Source: Octopus vulgaris (lineage: Eukaryota). From it: 64,000 nucleotides of DNA. Where the stretch lies: positions 117,304,001-117,368,000 of the forward strand of contig OX597816.1 in assembly GCA_951406725.2 (NCBI GenBank). The letters run 5' to 3'. Under the pieces are notes generated by a model. That model did not search any database. It had not been told where the DNA came from and worked only from the letters and a program-made list of their open reading frames with translations. Below, piece after piece: positions 1-13,135 of the stretch (its first letter is position 1; every line of letters begins with the position of its first letter). A program made the translations under genes and the position numbers.

Positions 1-171
<171 letters not shown>

Positions 172-1928
172 TTACAATGTATGCATTACAAAAAGAAAAA
201 AAAAAAAAAAAATCGACATTTACATAAAAATTCATTATTCAAGATGGAAGGGCGTGGGGTGGAGCCTGCTTGAAAAACTAGAACGTATGATCTAATTTTA
301 GTTTGTCTGCCAAGTTAGTAAATGTATCAAAGTCAGTCATTTATTTTAGCGGTAACAAATGTTTTCCGTAAACCATCTGCAGTTACCTAATGTACTGCCA
401 TGACTTGCTCGTGGTTCAATATTTTTAATCCTTTGTTACTTTTAGTTGTGACGTAAAAACATTTAAGAAAAACGATAAGAATGCCGACCACTGATGTGTT
501 GCTCCAAACATTAGCCTTAAAGATTACAAATCGACTAGATAATCTTAAAATAGGTGTTACTATTTTTAAGCTTTCGAAATTCAAGATTTACACCAAGTTT
601 GTATGCTTTCAGTTTTGAACTAATTCTCGTACGGATAAATTATGGTAAATACCGGACAAACTAACAACTGCTAAGATTAAGACGTTTGGGTGGTTCAAAA
701 ACAATACAAAATGATTTTCTAAACGCTTCAAATAATTTGGAAAAAATTTAATATTGTTTGATCCAATATAGTAGAGACTGCTGTAAAGATAAAACAATCT
801 TGTAGTAACTCAGAAAATCTGCAGTCACTATTTACAACATTGGAACAAACGCTAACTTTAATATTTATACAATTACAGCTGTTATAAAAACATTCAAGTA
901 TACCGATTCCGAGTACTATACAAAATATATTCGCGTTTTGTATTGTTTTATTACAGCCGTAATATAATGAAGAAGCGCCATTAAGTTTCTACACATTTCC
1001 ACAAAGATATCAAGCCACAATGAAGTGATCACAGAAAAATATTTAGGTTTGACCTTGCTGGTAGGTCACTTTAGAAACCCCAGCTGATTATCTTGTTAAA
1101 AAAGGTCGAGAGATTTTGCAGAAATCAAAATATTGTCATATGTCGCATTGTGTGTAATTAACAGCTGGAATATTGATAATATCTAAATGATTACATCGCC
1201 CAATACTCAGAAAATGGAAGCCATTGGACGATGAACTAGTTTCCGCTGTTCCAACTGTTGAATAAAAATATCAATATATGGACTTCAAAACCAGTAGTAG
1301 TAATTGTACTTAAGTGTGATAGGTGACATCATGGACTAGCTTTGCTGGCGTAGATTAAGACCAAGAAAACGATTCTAGTAGTTTCGTGTTTTAAACTTAA
1401 TCGTAAAAAGCACCGACTTGGCAAATAAAAGCAGGTCTACAAGGTTTCTTTCAATGGTGTAACTAAATGCTGGTTGCAAGGGGTAAAATGCCCGATAGGA
1501 CTATCACAACTTTTTTTCAACAGTTCTCGCAAGATTTTAAGCAAAGACAAATTGCTTGAAAATATTTTACGCCGTTGAAAATGTTAGCCGAAAATATATG
1601 CTAACTACGTAATCAAATAGAGTCAACTCTCACTAACAGCATCGCCATTTCTGACTTCTTTAATGAACACAAATTTAAGATTCTACATTGCTTTTAGTAG
1701 CTTACAATTTCAATATCAAATTTGTAGTTTAGACAAAAGCCAGAGTGACCAGATCAGTTATGAAAATAGTGTGACCATCCCGACTTTGTACAATAGTATC
1801 CTGGACCAAATTTTTTAATATGTCCTTTCTGCTACCAAGATAGAGGCTCCATAGTCAGTCAAGGAAAATGTTTTAAGATTTCAGAAACTAATACGTTGTT
1901 TTAGGTAATTAATTATGTTTCATAATAA

Positions 1929-2768
1929 AATCATAGGCTACCAGAGAAGCTTGAAATTGCAATACTTAATATGTCGCGAACATTCCAGAATTTTTCTTTG
2001 TCAATTCCGAGAGAAGCTACGACAAATTTTTTCGTCAATAGTTGAAAAATGAACGCCAACAATGATGCATATTACATGCCGGAATTAAAGCAAATGAAAT
2101 ATGGCTTAAATTTAGAACGATAAATTTACATGGTTACAAGAAAAAGTAAATCGGGTTGTAACTAATGGAATAATTTATCGGTTTACGCTAAGAACGAGAT
2201 AGTTTCACAACAGAAAAAGAAAGGAAACCCTATAAATACACTTGAAATACAAAAAAAGAGCCAAACCTATAAAGTTATATTAAACTTCAAAGCGGTTTCT
2301 GATATGTTGCTAGAGAAAGTCTAAACACTAAACCAAACAGCACAAACAATGGACGCCCTTAGTTTCAAAAAAACAGAACGACCGTTGTCACTCATCACGT
2401 CCCTCGACATTTTAGTATCGCGAACATTTTACGGTATTCATCAGGTGCTTTTTGACGGAGAAATTTCCCTTGAATTATTTTTTAATGCCCCCCACTATAG
2501 TTTTATTACTAAAAATTTAAAAAGAAACCTAGAATCTTCTAAATGAACAGGTAAAGAACATCTAGTCGTTCTTTTTCCCTATGAAAGTTCCATACATAAC
2601 CCAACTAATTAATTTTTAAGTGATAATCTCTTTAACTACCCGAATATAAAGAATATCTTTTTTGCCCGTATCCGAGAAACAATGAGATATACGATTACTA
2701 ATTTTCATCAAGCTAGAGAAATTTATACAGCCATTTTGAGTGGGAAGATACCAGTAGAGGAAGAATAG
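1929..2768 (+). pseudogene. Possible decayed ORF of unrecognised family
   Basis: One frame (the same as track ORF 2349-2546) runs 280 codons with only 6 internal stops in about two-thirds AT DNA: NHRLPEKLEIAILNMSRTFQNF...MNANNDAYYMPELKQMKYGL...FFARIRETMRYTITNFHQAREIYTAILSGKIPVEEE*. No microsatellites in the span. Confidence 0.4.
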
Positions 2769-3228
2769 CAAGGAGAATAAGTCTTGTTACAAACAATTCT
2801 GTTTCTTAATAAGCGTGCCAATTATAATGCATGTAACAAATGAAAGAAAAAAATTCAATTAAATGGAAATGAATATATCAAATAATTTCCCTCTTTCGAT
2901 ACAATGAACAATATGTCCGACTTTTGAAAAAAGAAAAAAAACGCAAGCAGGAAAATAGTGTAGAGTTGCAGAAATCACTTAAATATCAATACAATTATAA
3001 CTGGTGTAGTTTTCTACCATTACAAAAACAGTGAATTACACATATTATATATATGTATACATACATACAATTATTTAACAAATATCACTCTATTTCACAA
3101 ATCATTTTAAAATGGAAGGTGTAAAACAATTCGTTGAATTGAAAATATTTTCTTTTTTCTTTTAGAGGGAAAACAATATGGCTGAAATACTCAAATAAAT
3201 AGATCCAGAAAATTCTAGTCATACTTAC

Positions 3229-3306
3229 AAGGACGTGAAGTGATCTTCGTGTTATGATTAATAAGAAAGCTGCAATTCTTCTTAACCACAATCCAAATTA
3301 AGCAAT
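3229..3306 (-). other. Candidate non-coding exon 1 of the ubiquitin gene (5'UTR intron about 107-3228)
   Basis: ATG-free stretch of about 78 nt. It starts at an Inr-like CCATTGC 23-28 nt downstream of a TATA box and ends at a strong donor CTT|GTAAGTAT (GT at 3228-3227). A 5'UTR intron ending just before the ATG is typical of polyubiquitin genes. Confidence 0.55.
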
Positions 3307-3321
3307 GGCCGATAGCAGTTG

Positions 3322-3353
3322 TATTTATATTATAAAGCCACTGTTCTGATTGG
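3322..3353 (-). promoter_or_regulatory. CCAAT box plus TATA box core promoter facing the ubiquitin gene
   Basis: Minus strand reads caaCCAATcagaacagtggcttTATAATATAAATAcaactg (CCAAT at 3353-3349, TATA at 3334-3322). Confidence 0.55.
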
Positions 3354-3706
3354 TTGATTTATTTCAAACACACACACATACACACACGTATAAGGGAGGT
3401 TCGACTTCACACATACTTACACTCACATATAGATAAGCTTGAACGCAAGCAAATATACATAATCTGATAGGCGAGGTAGATCTATTGCGTACACACACAC
3501 TCACATTATATATACATATATAACGCAATCATATATTCACATGATCTGACGGACATATACACATATAGACACACACCCAGATGATGCGGCAACTTTCTAG
3601 GAAACACATACATATACGCACTTAGACATACACACACACACACTGACCTACGTAGACGTATGTATGTACACACCTACATGTACTGAGACTACTTTTCGAT
3701 ATCTAC

Positions 3707-3742
3707 GTTCTCACAACTTCTAGACAACACCTCGAACGTTCA
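3707..3742. promoter_or_regulatory. Candidate heat-shock element cluster
   Basis: gTTCtcacaacTTCtaGAc followed by a perfect cGAAcgTTCa, about 400 bp upstream of the candidate TSS. Polyubiquitin genes are classically HSF-inducible. Confidence 0.4.
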
Positions 3743-4640
3743 CTCATCTGATTGTTTGGGTTTTATTTTTTTTTAAATGTACTGGAGTGAATTGAGATGG
3801 GAAAAAAGAGAAACACCAAGCTTGCTTTGTTTTGATTTATAATTAGCGTCAATAACTGTGACTATTGGGTTTACGTAATACTTTTTTTTTTCCTTTTAAC
3901 ACCTGCTAGTTGATTCATTATTTTTTAATATATATTTACGTAAACAAATATGTATATAAATAATTCAAACTATAACTTTGTTCCTCAAACACTATTGTCT
4001 CAGATTAAAAGTGTCTAAATATATATGATGGGCCCCTACATAGACTGATAAAACGTGTGTATATATATATACATAAACACACAAGAGATGTGTGCTGCCG
4101 TTCGATCTCCTATAAATAGCCCCCATATCTTCCTATTGCCTTCAAAAGGAGAAAGGTGTTCGATAATGCAGTCCTAGGTAACGATATCATTAAAAATGCG
4201 GATTCAGGTAAAATGTTTTTAATCATAGTTCCGCTCATCCTAGATTAACCTGAACAAAACAACTACATGTTTAGATTTACGTGAGTGACCATTTATTTCA
4301 TTAGGCACTTGAGAAGAACATTATCTGCCTCAGAGACATCCCAGTTGATCAAGGTCTTCGAAAGTAAAAGACAAAAAAAAATCAAAATAAATGGTCCGCT
4401 TTCAAATTTTCTACTTGAGAATGCGCGTAAATCAAAAATAAAAAACAGGAAAAAAACAACAAAGTCAATTAGACAAAGAATATATTGATACACAGTGAAA
4501 AATTTTTTTATAGGAAAATAGGAGTGGACACGACATTTCGAGCATGACACTTCATTGAAAAGAGGAATGTTGACCTGCTCACCAGGTCAACGTGATGTAA
4601 AGTGCATTGTGGTCAGTGATATATAACAACATCCAAAATA

Positions 4641-5042
4641 GGTGCAGGCATGGTTGTGTGGTAAGAACTTTGAGTTCTGCCAGCTCGCAGCAAGACGGCA
4701 AGCTAGTAGAAACGTTAGCACGATGGGCGAGTCGCTACGTTCTGAGTTCAAATTCCGCCGAGGTCAACTTTGTCTTACATCCTTTTGGGGTCAATTAAAT
4801 AAGTACCAGTTACGCACTGGGGTAGATATAATCAACTTAATCTGTTTGTCTGTCCTTGTTTGTCCCCTCTGTGTGTAGCCCCAGCCCCTTGTGGGCAGTA
4901 AAGAAATAAGAAGTTTGATTCTCAACCATACGGTTTGAGTTCCTGTTGTGTGGCATTTTGGGCAAGTGATTTCTATTATAGCTTCAGACCAACAAAAGAC
5001 CTGTAAGTGGAATTTGTAAATGGAAACTGAAAGAATTCCATC

Positions 5043-5083
<41 letters not shown>

Positions 5084-5250
5084 GGGTTGTTGGTGTGTTT
5101 ACGTCTCCATAACTTAGCATAAGAAACCAATGGGTTAAGTACCAGGCTTAAGAAATAAATCCTGGTGTGGGGGGTTCAGTCTTTTTCAACTAAAGTTTTT
5201 CAAGGTGGTGCCCAAGCATGCCTGCAGTCTAATGAGTGAAACATGTAAAA
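4641..5250 (+). mobile_element. tRNA/CORE-like SINE (family B) interrupted by a Meta-domain-like SINE (family A, about 4690-4908)
   Basis: The family B head ggtgcaggcatggttgtgtggtaag resumes at about 4910 (ggcattttgggcaagtg, central (TA)n, tail ...agtgaaaca). The inserted family A copy is flanked by the degenerate TSD taagaactttgagt / taagaagtttgatt. Confidence 0.75.
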
Positions 5251-5254
5251 GACC

Positions 5255-5540
5255 TCTTGGGAGAATCTGGCCCCCAGGCCATTCCATGTTTGGGAAGTTA
5301 AGGTCACCCAAAAGAAATACATTAATGTATTTTTCAAGTTTGAGGAGAACTTCTATCTTTGCTAGGCAGTCTTCAAATTTGCCTGTATGACTCGGAGCAT
5401 CTGGTGGACGATATGTAGTACATATAACAATATTAACTTTGTCTTATGTGTACAATTTGAGTGTCACACACTGAATTTGAATATGACAGCAGGACCTGGG
5501 GTGTGAGGACCTCTCAGATGTACACAACAACTCCACCATA
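5255..5540 (-). mobile_element. CR1-group LINE AP-endonuclease fragment (degraded)
   Basis: Minus-strand translation gives GGVVVYI...TYRPPD...LLGDLNFPNMEW, which are APE motifs of CR1-group LINEs. Confidence 0.75.
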
Positions 5541-5555
5541 TTTATGTATATATAT

Positions 5556-5850
5556 ATCATCAGCATCATCATCATTTAACGTCCACTTTCCATGCTGGCA
5601 TGGGTTGGACGATTTGACTGAGGACTGGTGAGCCAGAAGGCTGCACCAGGCTCAGTCTGATCTAGCAAAGTTTCTACAGCTGAATGCCCTTCCTAATGCC
5701 AACCACTCTGAGAGTGTAGTGGGTGCTGTTACATGCCACCAGCACGTGGGTCAGTCAGGCGGTTCTGGCAACAACCATGCTTGAAAGGTGTTTTTTATGT
5801 GCTACCTGCATGGGAGGCAGTCCAGCGGCACTGGCAACGACAACGCTCAT
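5556..5850 (-). mobile_element. 3' end of RTE-clade LINE with (GAT)n tail (family C)
   Basis: (CAT)n-ttaacgtccactttccatgctggcatgggttggacg...gcccttcctaatgccaaccac; same sequence as the 3'UTR of the copy at 19075-19892. Confidence 0.8.
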
Positions 5851-6255
5851 CTTGAATTCAATTCTGCTCTTAAGTATTTTGTTATGTCCCTGGGCAATCA
5901 TCATCATCATTATTATTTAACATCCATTGTCCATGCTGGCATGGGTTGGAAATAGTCACTAACTTCATTGGACATGTTACTTACAAGAGATAAAAATTCT
6001 GATCAGGTGTATTACTCACGACTTGATGCTATAAAATTAGAGCTGCACACTAGCTCTCAATTTAGAGGATACATGCTACAGAAACTAGTACACAAATGGA
6101 ACAAAACTTATTGTTCTTTTTACAAGTGCTTGTTTCATTGATAGTTATTTAGTTCCAGAACAAGTAAGCACATTATGGAAAAGCATTCAAATCACAATCA
6201 CCCATTATACACTGTAATACCTATGCATGTATATATATATATATGTATGTATGTG

Positions 6256-6940
<685 letters not shown>

Positions 6941-7084
6941 AATATACAAGGGTGGATCAAAAAGTTCGCGGAAAGTTTTTAATGGCAGTAAAATTATCAA
7001 GTTTAAACAAGTTAAAACATGTCAGAACACTTTACTGAGTGTTTACCTTGCTTCTAGTTACCTGCAATCAATTTCATACAAGCC

Positions 7085-8420
7085 ACTGTATTGTTCAGAC
7101 TAATCACATTCCTAGAAGAAAACGACTTGCTGACTGACACCCAGCATGGATTTCATCCAGGTAGAAGCTGTTTGACACAGCTCCTGCAACACTATGACTG
7201 GGTGTTAAAACAACTGCTGAATGACTCAAGCATGGATGTGATATATCTCAACTTTGCAAAAGCCTTTGACAAAGTTGAACATGGTATGATATGTCACAAA
7301 CTGTGTGATCTCGGCATATGCGGAAAACTTGGAGAATAGCTGCACAACTTTCAAAAGGATAGACGTAAGGCAGGAGTGACCAATGGAGCCACCTCCAAGG
7401 AAACACAAATAGCAAGTGGTGTTCCACAGGGCACTGTCTTGGGGCCACTGCTGTTCATAGTGGCCCTATCAGACATGCATTTGGCTGCTCAGGTAGCTAC
7501 TCTTGCTACCTATGCAGATGACACAAAAGTCTCTCAGACAATACAAAATCCTGAAAATATTGCACATCTGCAACAGGAGTTGGACACAATATACAAGTGG
7601 GCTGAGGACAACAACATGCATTTAATGCAGGAAAATTCCAGGCCCTACACTACCAGCACACAAAGCTAAACGACATGCAGACAGGATACACTGTCCCAGG
7701 AGGAACTGAAATCACTGAATCAAAACCAGTGCATGACCTGGACAATGATATGAGAAATGATGCATCTTTTCAAGTGCATATTACCAATTTAGTAATAAGA
7801 TGCAGACGGATGGCTGGTTGGATCCTCCAAACTTTCAAAACAAGTGAAAAGGAGACATTGATGATCCTTTGGAGAATATACATCCTTAGCCACTTGGACT
7901 GTTGCTCCCAACTATAGTCACCACACACTATAAAGTCCACAGTGGAACTCACAGCAATCCAATGAAGCTACACTAAGAAAATTGTATATACATACACATC
8001 TAGAAAATCATAGAGGCCTTGTACCAAACTTTGTCATTGAAAGTTACTCAAACTGCAGAATGGAGCGTCACTGCATAGTGCCAAAGATCCCAGCAACACC
8101 ATTAAAATACAGGACCGGATACAGCAATAGCTTGAGCTTCAGAAGCCCACAGCTTCTCAATATCCTTCCAAAATGCCTGAGAAGCCTGTATGGTGTGGCT
8201 GTAAGTGTCTTTAAAACAAAACTGGATCTCTTCCTGTCAAGGGTTCCAGACAAACCTACCTCATAGCAGGAAACACAGATGAGGGCAGCTGCATCAAACT
8301 CCCTCATTGACCAAATGCCACATATTAGAGGTTTCAAATATTGGTTCAGCTCAGTCAACGGTGATGCCCCAGTATAACTGCAGCTTTGAAGCTGAAACAT
8401 TTTTAAAGATTTGAAGATTT
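7085..8420 (+). mobile_element. 5'-truncated CR1-group LINE (RT pseudogene plus 3' tail)
   Basis: QHGFHPGRSCLTQL, DVIYLNFAKAFDKV, SGVPQGTVLGPLLF, YADDTK, LDCCSQL, FKTKLDLFLSRVPDKP, with stops and frameshifts. Ends in ...gctgaaacatttttaaagatttgaagattt. Confidence 0.93.
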
Positions 8421-8439
8421 ATATATATGTATGTATATA

Positions 8440-8947
8440 TCTCACGCCTGTTTTCATTCCTCCACTTTACACTGTATTTTATGCTAAAACAAGAACATGA
8501 CAAACAATCTTCTAGTTCCGCTAAAGTTTCTCAACCAAACAAGAAAAGAAGACGATCTTCAACCTCATTTCAGATTCCTCAGCCAAAGAAAAAAAAGAAG
8601 ATGTTCTTTGTGTGACCCAAAAGAAGACAGGAAATCTTGTATTACATGTAAGAATTGTAATATCCATGTTTGTCAAGAACATTCCAATGCTGTCTGCATT
8701 CACTGCCATGAAGTGCTGTAATTCTGTATTTCTGCAATTTTTAAAATTTATAATGTATTCTGTAAGCTGTATTTTTTTATTAAAATTTCTGAGAAACAGT
8801 AATTCTTCATTCACTTGATAGCATATATAATGTAGCTAAGAAATAGTGGTAGTTTGAATAAAATTTAATTCAAAGGAAAATATTGGGTTCATAGGAGCCT
8901 GTTGGTAATTAATGACACACATTTTCTCCAGTAGAACAAAGGTTGAA
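8440..8947 (+). mobile_element. piggyBac-family transposase C-terminal cysteine-rich domain fragment and degenerate right end
   Basis: ORF 8497-8721 ends RRCSLCDPKEDRKSCITCKNCNIHVCQEHSNAVCIHC, the CxxC-CxxC-CxxH-CxxC pattern of the piggyBac CRD. The segment ends aaaggttgaa, resembling AGGG-TTAA. Confidence 0.8.
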
Positions 8948-8949
8948 GA

Positions 8950-9330
8950 AAACTGGGTATAATAGGCATCAGATGTTGTGTGCTAGAAAGAAGACTGCAC
9001 TGGTTTGGTCATGTGATGTGTATGAATGTAGACAGCTGCATAAAGAAGTTCTAAGCTCTAATTGTGGAGGGTACCTGTGGAAGGGGTAGACCCAGGAAGA
9101 CATGGAATAAAGTGGTGAGAAAGGATCTTCAGACATGGATCCTCACTGAGGAAATGACAAGGGATCAGGAGTTGAGGCAATTTGCTGTTCATGAGAAGAC
9201 ACGTCAAGCTAAGTAAAATTGCTGTCATCCATATATACATGTTTTGTCCTTTACAGGCGCTGGTGCCACATAAAATGCACTTGTGCCAGTGTTACGTAAA
9301 CACATGTACCAGGCATAAAAACACTTTTGC
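8950..9330 (+). mobile_element. RTE-clade LINE ORF2 C-terminal fragment
   Basis: RLHWFGHVM...GTCGRGRPRKTWNKVVRKDL motif. Confidence 0.8.
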
Positions 9331-9414
9331 TGCTTAATGTAATCAGTATAGAATAGGAAAAATTTTAGCTGATTTGCTGATTTAAAGTACCAGATGGTTC
9401 AAGAGTGTAAATAT

Positions 9415-9630
9415 TGTTTTCAAATTTTGCCACAAAGCCAGCAGATTCAGGGAAGAGGCTAAGTTGACTATATCAACCCCAGTGCTCAGCTGGTACTTAT
9501 TTTATTGAACCCAAAAGAATGAAAGGCAAAGTCAACCTCAGCAGGAGTTGAACTCAGAACATAAAGATTAACAAAATGCCACTAAGCATTTTGCCTGGTG
9601 TGCTTATGATTCGGCCAGTTCACTGCCTTC
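9415..9630 (-). mobile_element. Family A (Meta-domain-like) SINE
   Basis: Reverse complement of the ...gactttgcctttcatcctttcggggtcgataaa..aagtaccag... core. Confidence 0.75.
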
Positions 9631-10119
9631 GAGAGTTTAAGTATTGAGTGATAAGATGTGAGGTGTGTTGCATAGATTAGACAATTTGTTGTGTGCAGAT
9701 AGAGGTGCCTGAGGTTGGTGGTAAGAAAGTTCAGAAAGGTAAACCATTCAGACACTGAAGCAACAGTGCAGTATAGGAGGTGTGCAAATGCAAGGAGGAG
9801 TTGTATGCATTCAAAACTCATGATTTCATAGAGAGGTGAAATAGGAGTCTATGATACAGGCAGTACCAACCAGAAGGGTATCAGTTTTAATATGTACCAA
9901 GGAACCAATCACTAATTAAAAAAAAAGTTTTCCAAATTACAGAAAGCATTTCTGAATTATAATTATTAGGTATAGTTGTGTGTTTACAACAGTTAGTTGT
10001 CTAATACACATATGAATGAAAACAGTCTTTTGCATTCTTTAGTGTTTGTGGTACTTGATGATATTGTAATATTTCTATTTATATTATCAGGAGACTCATG
10101 GAAAAGAGAGACTTTAAAC

Positions 10120-10495
10120 CAATGGTTCTCAGTTAGGGCCCATATAAGATAGGTGGGTGGGGGGTCATGCAAGCAAAATAGCAAATTGGGAATCCACAGT
10201 AGTATTTTAAGGTCCATGAAGAAAAATTTTGCTTTAGATGTATTTATTGCAAGAAACAGCTAGGTCTTTTTTTTCTAATATTTTACATAGTTTAACATGT
10301 TTCTAGCAACTGAAACATGTTCTGTAGGAGAGTACTATTGCAAACCTACACAAGTGAATGTATGAAAAACAAAATAGGAATTTTGAAATAACTATCTATA
10401 AAACTAGCTTTTAAGCACTGAATGGCTACAGGGGTCCATCAGAATAAAATAGTAACCAAAAGAGTCCATAGGTAAAAAATGGTTGAGAACCCCTG
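10120..10495. mobile_element. hAT (Charlie-type) MITE
   Basis: TIRs caatggttctca / tgagaacccctg, with a perfect 8-bp TSD ctttaaac at 10112-10119 and 10496-10503. Confidence 0.9.
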
Positions 10496-12552
10496 CTTTA
10501 AACCAATGTACTTGGTAGTTACTGTTGCTGAGATCCAAGTGAGAGTAGAATCTATGTACAAGCAGACACCATTTTTCAGAGCAAAGGAGATCTTAGTAAG
10601 CACAGACACTACCTTTTTGAAATAAGTTATAATATAATAGAGCCTAGCCTGGGCAGCAGAGATTATTTAAGGTAAAAGATTAGAGATGTGTGTCTTGTAA
10701 AGGCATAGAACATCTGATTTGTGTGTTAGTAGGTGGTAGAGGATAGGATCTTCGTGGAGGATGGATATTTGCAGAGGAAATTGGGGCATTATCCAGTGGA
10801 TTTAGCTAGTATGGTAATTTGGAACTAGATTTCAGCCAAGGTATGAGTACCATAGCAGTGGAATAGTGCACCTAGTATATTTAAAACACACGGTAAAGCA
10901 TAAATAAAAGACTAAGTTGCAAGTACAAACTGAATTTGCAAATAAATCTTTATTCACAACTTCAGTTCTTTAAGTTTACTACATTTCTAACATCTGATAA
11001 AGGTATTAATACTACAAATGCTTCCCTCTATCTTTAATGTCAACAGAGTAGATTACTTACCAATGGACACATTTAATTAAGAATTAAGTAGACATAAGCC
11101 ATGGTTGCTCACAAATACCTACAAATTAAATTTTAGGACATTTACAAATTAGATTAATGTTATTCACCTTTTAATCAAAATCTCTCTGAGAACCTCTAAA
11201 AGTGGCAGAAATTTTTATCACATAACTGGGAGCATAAATAGTGGTGAGAGAGTGTCCCACTCCAGCAGTGACAATCTATGAAGAAGCATTGGAAAGTTCT
11301 CGTATTAGAGAGAAAGATGCTGTAAATAAGGCCTCATTATTTCACTGAGACTAAGTGACTAAAGACTCCTCATGGCTATAATCATCTAGTTTCAAACTGA
11401 ACTTAAGAACCTAGTCAAATTCTGAAGAAATTTGCAATTACAGACTAAACAACATTTTTAATCAAATTCACTAAGTCTCCACCTCATGGCCATGAAACAA
11501 ACACTGATATAAAAAAAAAAACAGTTAATTGTTGAGTCATGTTTCTTTTTTGCTTTCCCTGTCTGTCTGTTTTTGTTTTGTAATTTCTAAATTTTTTTTA
11601 AATACATATAACTGTGTCTATCTGTCTGTTGCCTCTTTCACCTCTTTCTTCTTTCTATGTTTCTTCCTTTCTTAACTGCTGTTGGGAGGTAATAAAGAAT
11701 TTATTATATTGGCATAAGGTGACAAATTTGACTGAGTGTAACCAATTTAATTTCTCAGAGCATGTGCTGCTAACTCCAGAATGACAAAAAGCAAAACCAC
11801 CTTTGATGTGATTTAAATTGAGCATCTTAGGAAATAAAATTGAATACAGACATCCTCAACATTATAGAAGCATAATGTTACTGAAGTCTTACATTCTAAG
11901 AAGGGAAAACTGGATATAGTGGTTACTAGGATGGGGTTGAGGTTGGACATAACAAAGGTAATGAGAAAAGGAGAGATGAATGAGTCAGAAATACCTGAAC
12001 AAAGGTTGCAAAAAACCACCCAGCTCTTCAAGAGCAAAAACAACATGCAATAGAGGGGAAAAAGTGCAGATTGAGAGATAAGTTTATTATAATCCTGAAT
12101 CACAAGTTGTTTTGATTCCCTGTTGATGGCTATTCACTTCATTTTCTGCCACAATATCAATAAAAAATAATCATAAGATAATTGCAAGTGATGTGTGTTG
12201 CCTGATAAAGTTTGAGGATATCATTTAGGGATTTTGCTGAGATTTGGAAATGAAGTTAGTTGCTGATTCAATTAGTCAGGCTCTTACTACATATAACTAT
12301 GGCACATATCAAAGAAATATATATTTATCTATCCTATGTAATGGTGCAGTAAATAGAGTTAGTTACTTGATAATTGGTAGTCAGCCAAAGTATGTATCAA
12401 TGAGTGACCAGTTCAAGACCCCTTTTACCTATTAATTTGGTATTTATTTTCAATGACAATGTGAACTGAAGTAATGTAAAATAAAATGTCCTACCCATGA
12501 TGGAACAAATTGCCTGCAACATATTTGATCTTATGACCTATGAGCAATTACT

Positions 12553-12767
12553 TTAACCCTTTAGCATGCTGATCATTCTATCAGATGCAGAGCTTATTTT
12601 ATTCAGATTGTTTGAATTATGCACTATCTCATAGCTTTGAGATCTCAATGATGTAACTGTTTACTTTTAGAATGACATTGTAGGACAAGTGTAAGAGGCT
12701 GGATCTGACCATAAAACAGGTAGAATATTTAGGCCAGCTATGGCTGCTTTAAATGCTAGAAGATTAA
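12553..12767. mobile_element. piggyBac-type MITE, copy 1
   Basis: TTAA-ccctttagca ... tgctagaaga-TTAA; same family at 13136-13364 and 34767-34993. Confidence 0.8.
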
Positions 12768-13135
12768 TATCTTATTCATTTACTTTTTTCACCTCTGCTG
12801 GGTGATACATATATGGGAGACTGAGATATAGGTTTCCTTTCAAGATCTTTCATTCTTAGCTAAAGAACTTTCCTTTGTTGATGAATAAACATATCTTTTT
12901 TTTTTTTTTTTTAGTAAAAGAAAAAGAGCCCTTTTTTATTGCTTATCCCCAGGTTAATGATGGTTGAGATGACATATGCTCAAAAGCATTCCAACTATGA
13001 TCATCCAATTATTCCTTCTGCTTTTTAACACAGTAAGGAATAATTTTGCTCTATTCTTGACTGATCAATCGTCCACATAGAAACTTCTAAGAAGAGTTAC
13101 CATATGCTATTCTGGCAGCAAGATGACAATGGTAT

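Noticed and set aside
663-2768. Alternative genetic code (TAA/TAG=Gln or TGA=Trp) explaining the fossil frame
   Set aside because: Both TAA/TAG and TGA stops occur in frame, so no single reassignment opens it.
11241-11348. Protein-looking stretch VVRECPTPAVTIYEEALESSRIREKDAVNK
   Set aside because: In-frame stop immediately upstream, weak splice sites, no recognisable family.
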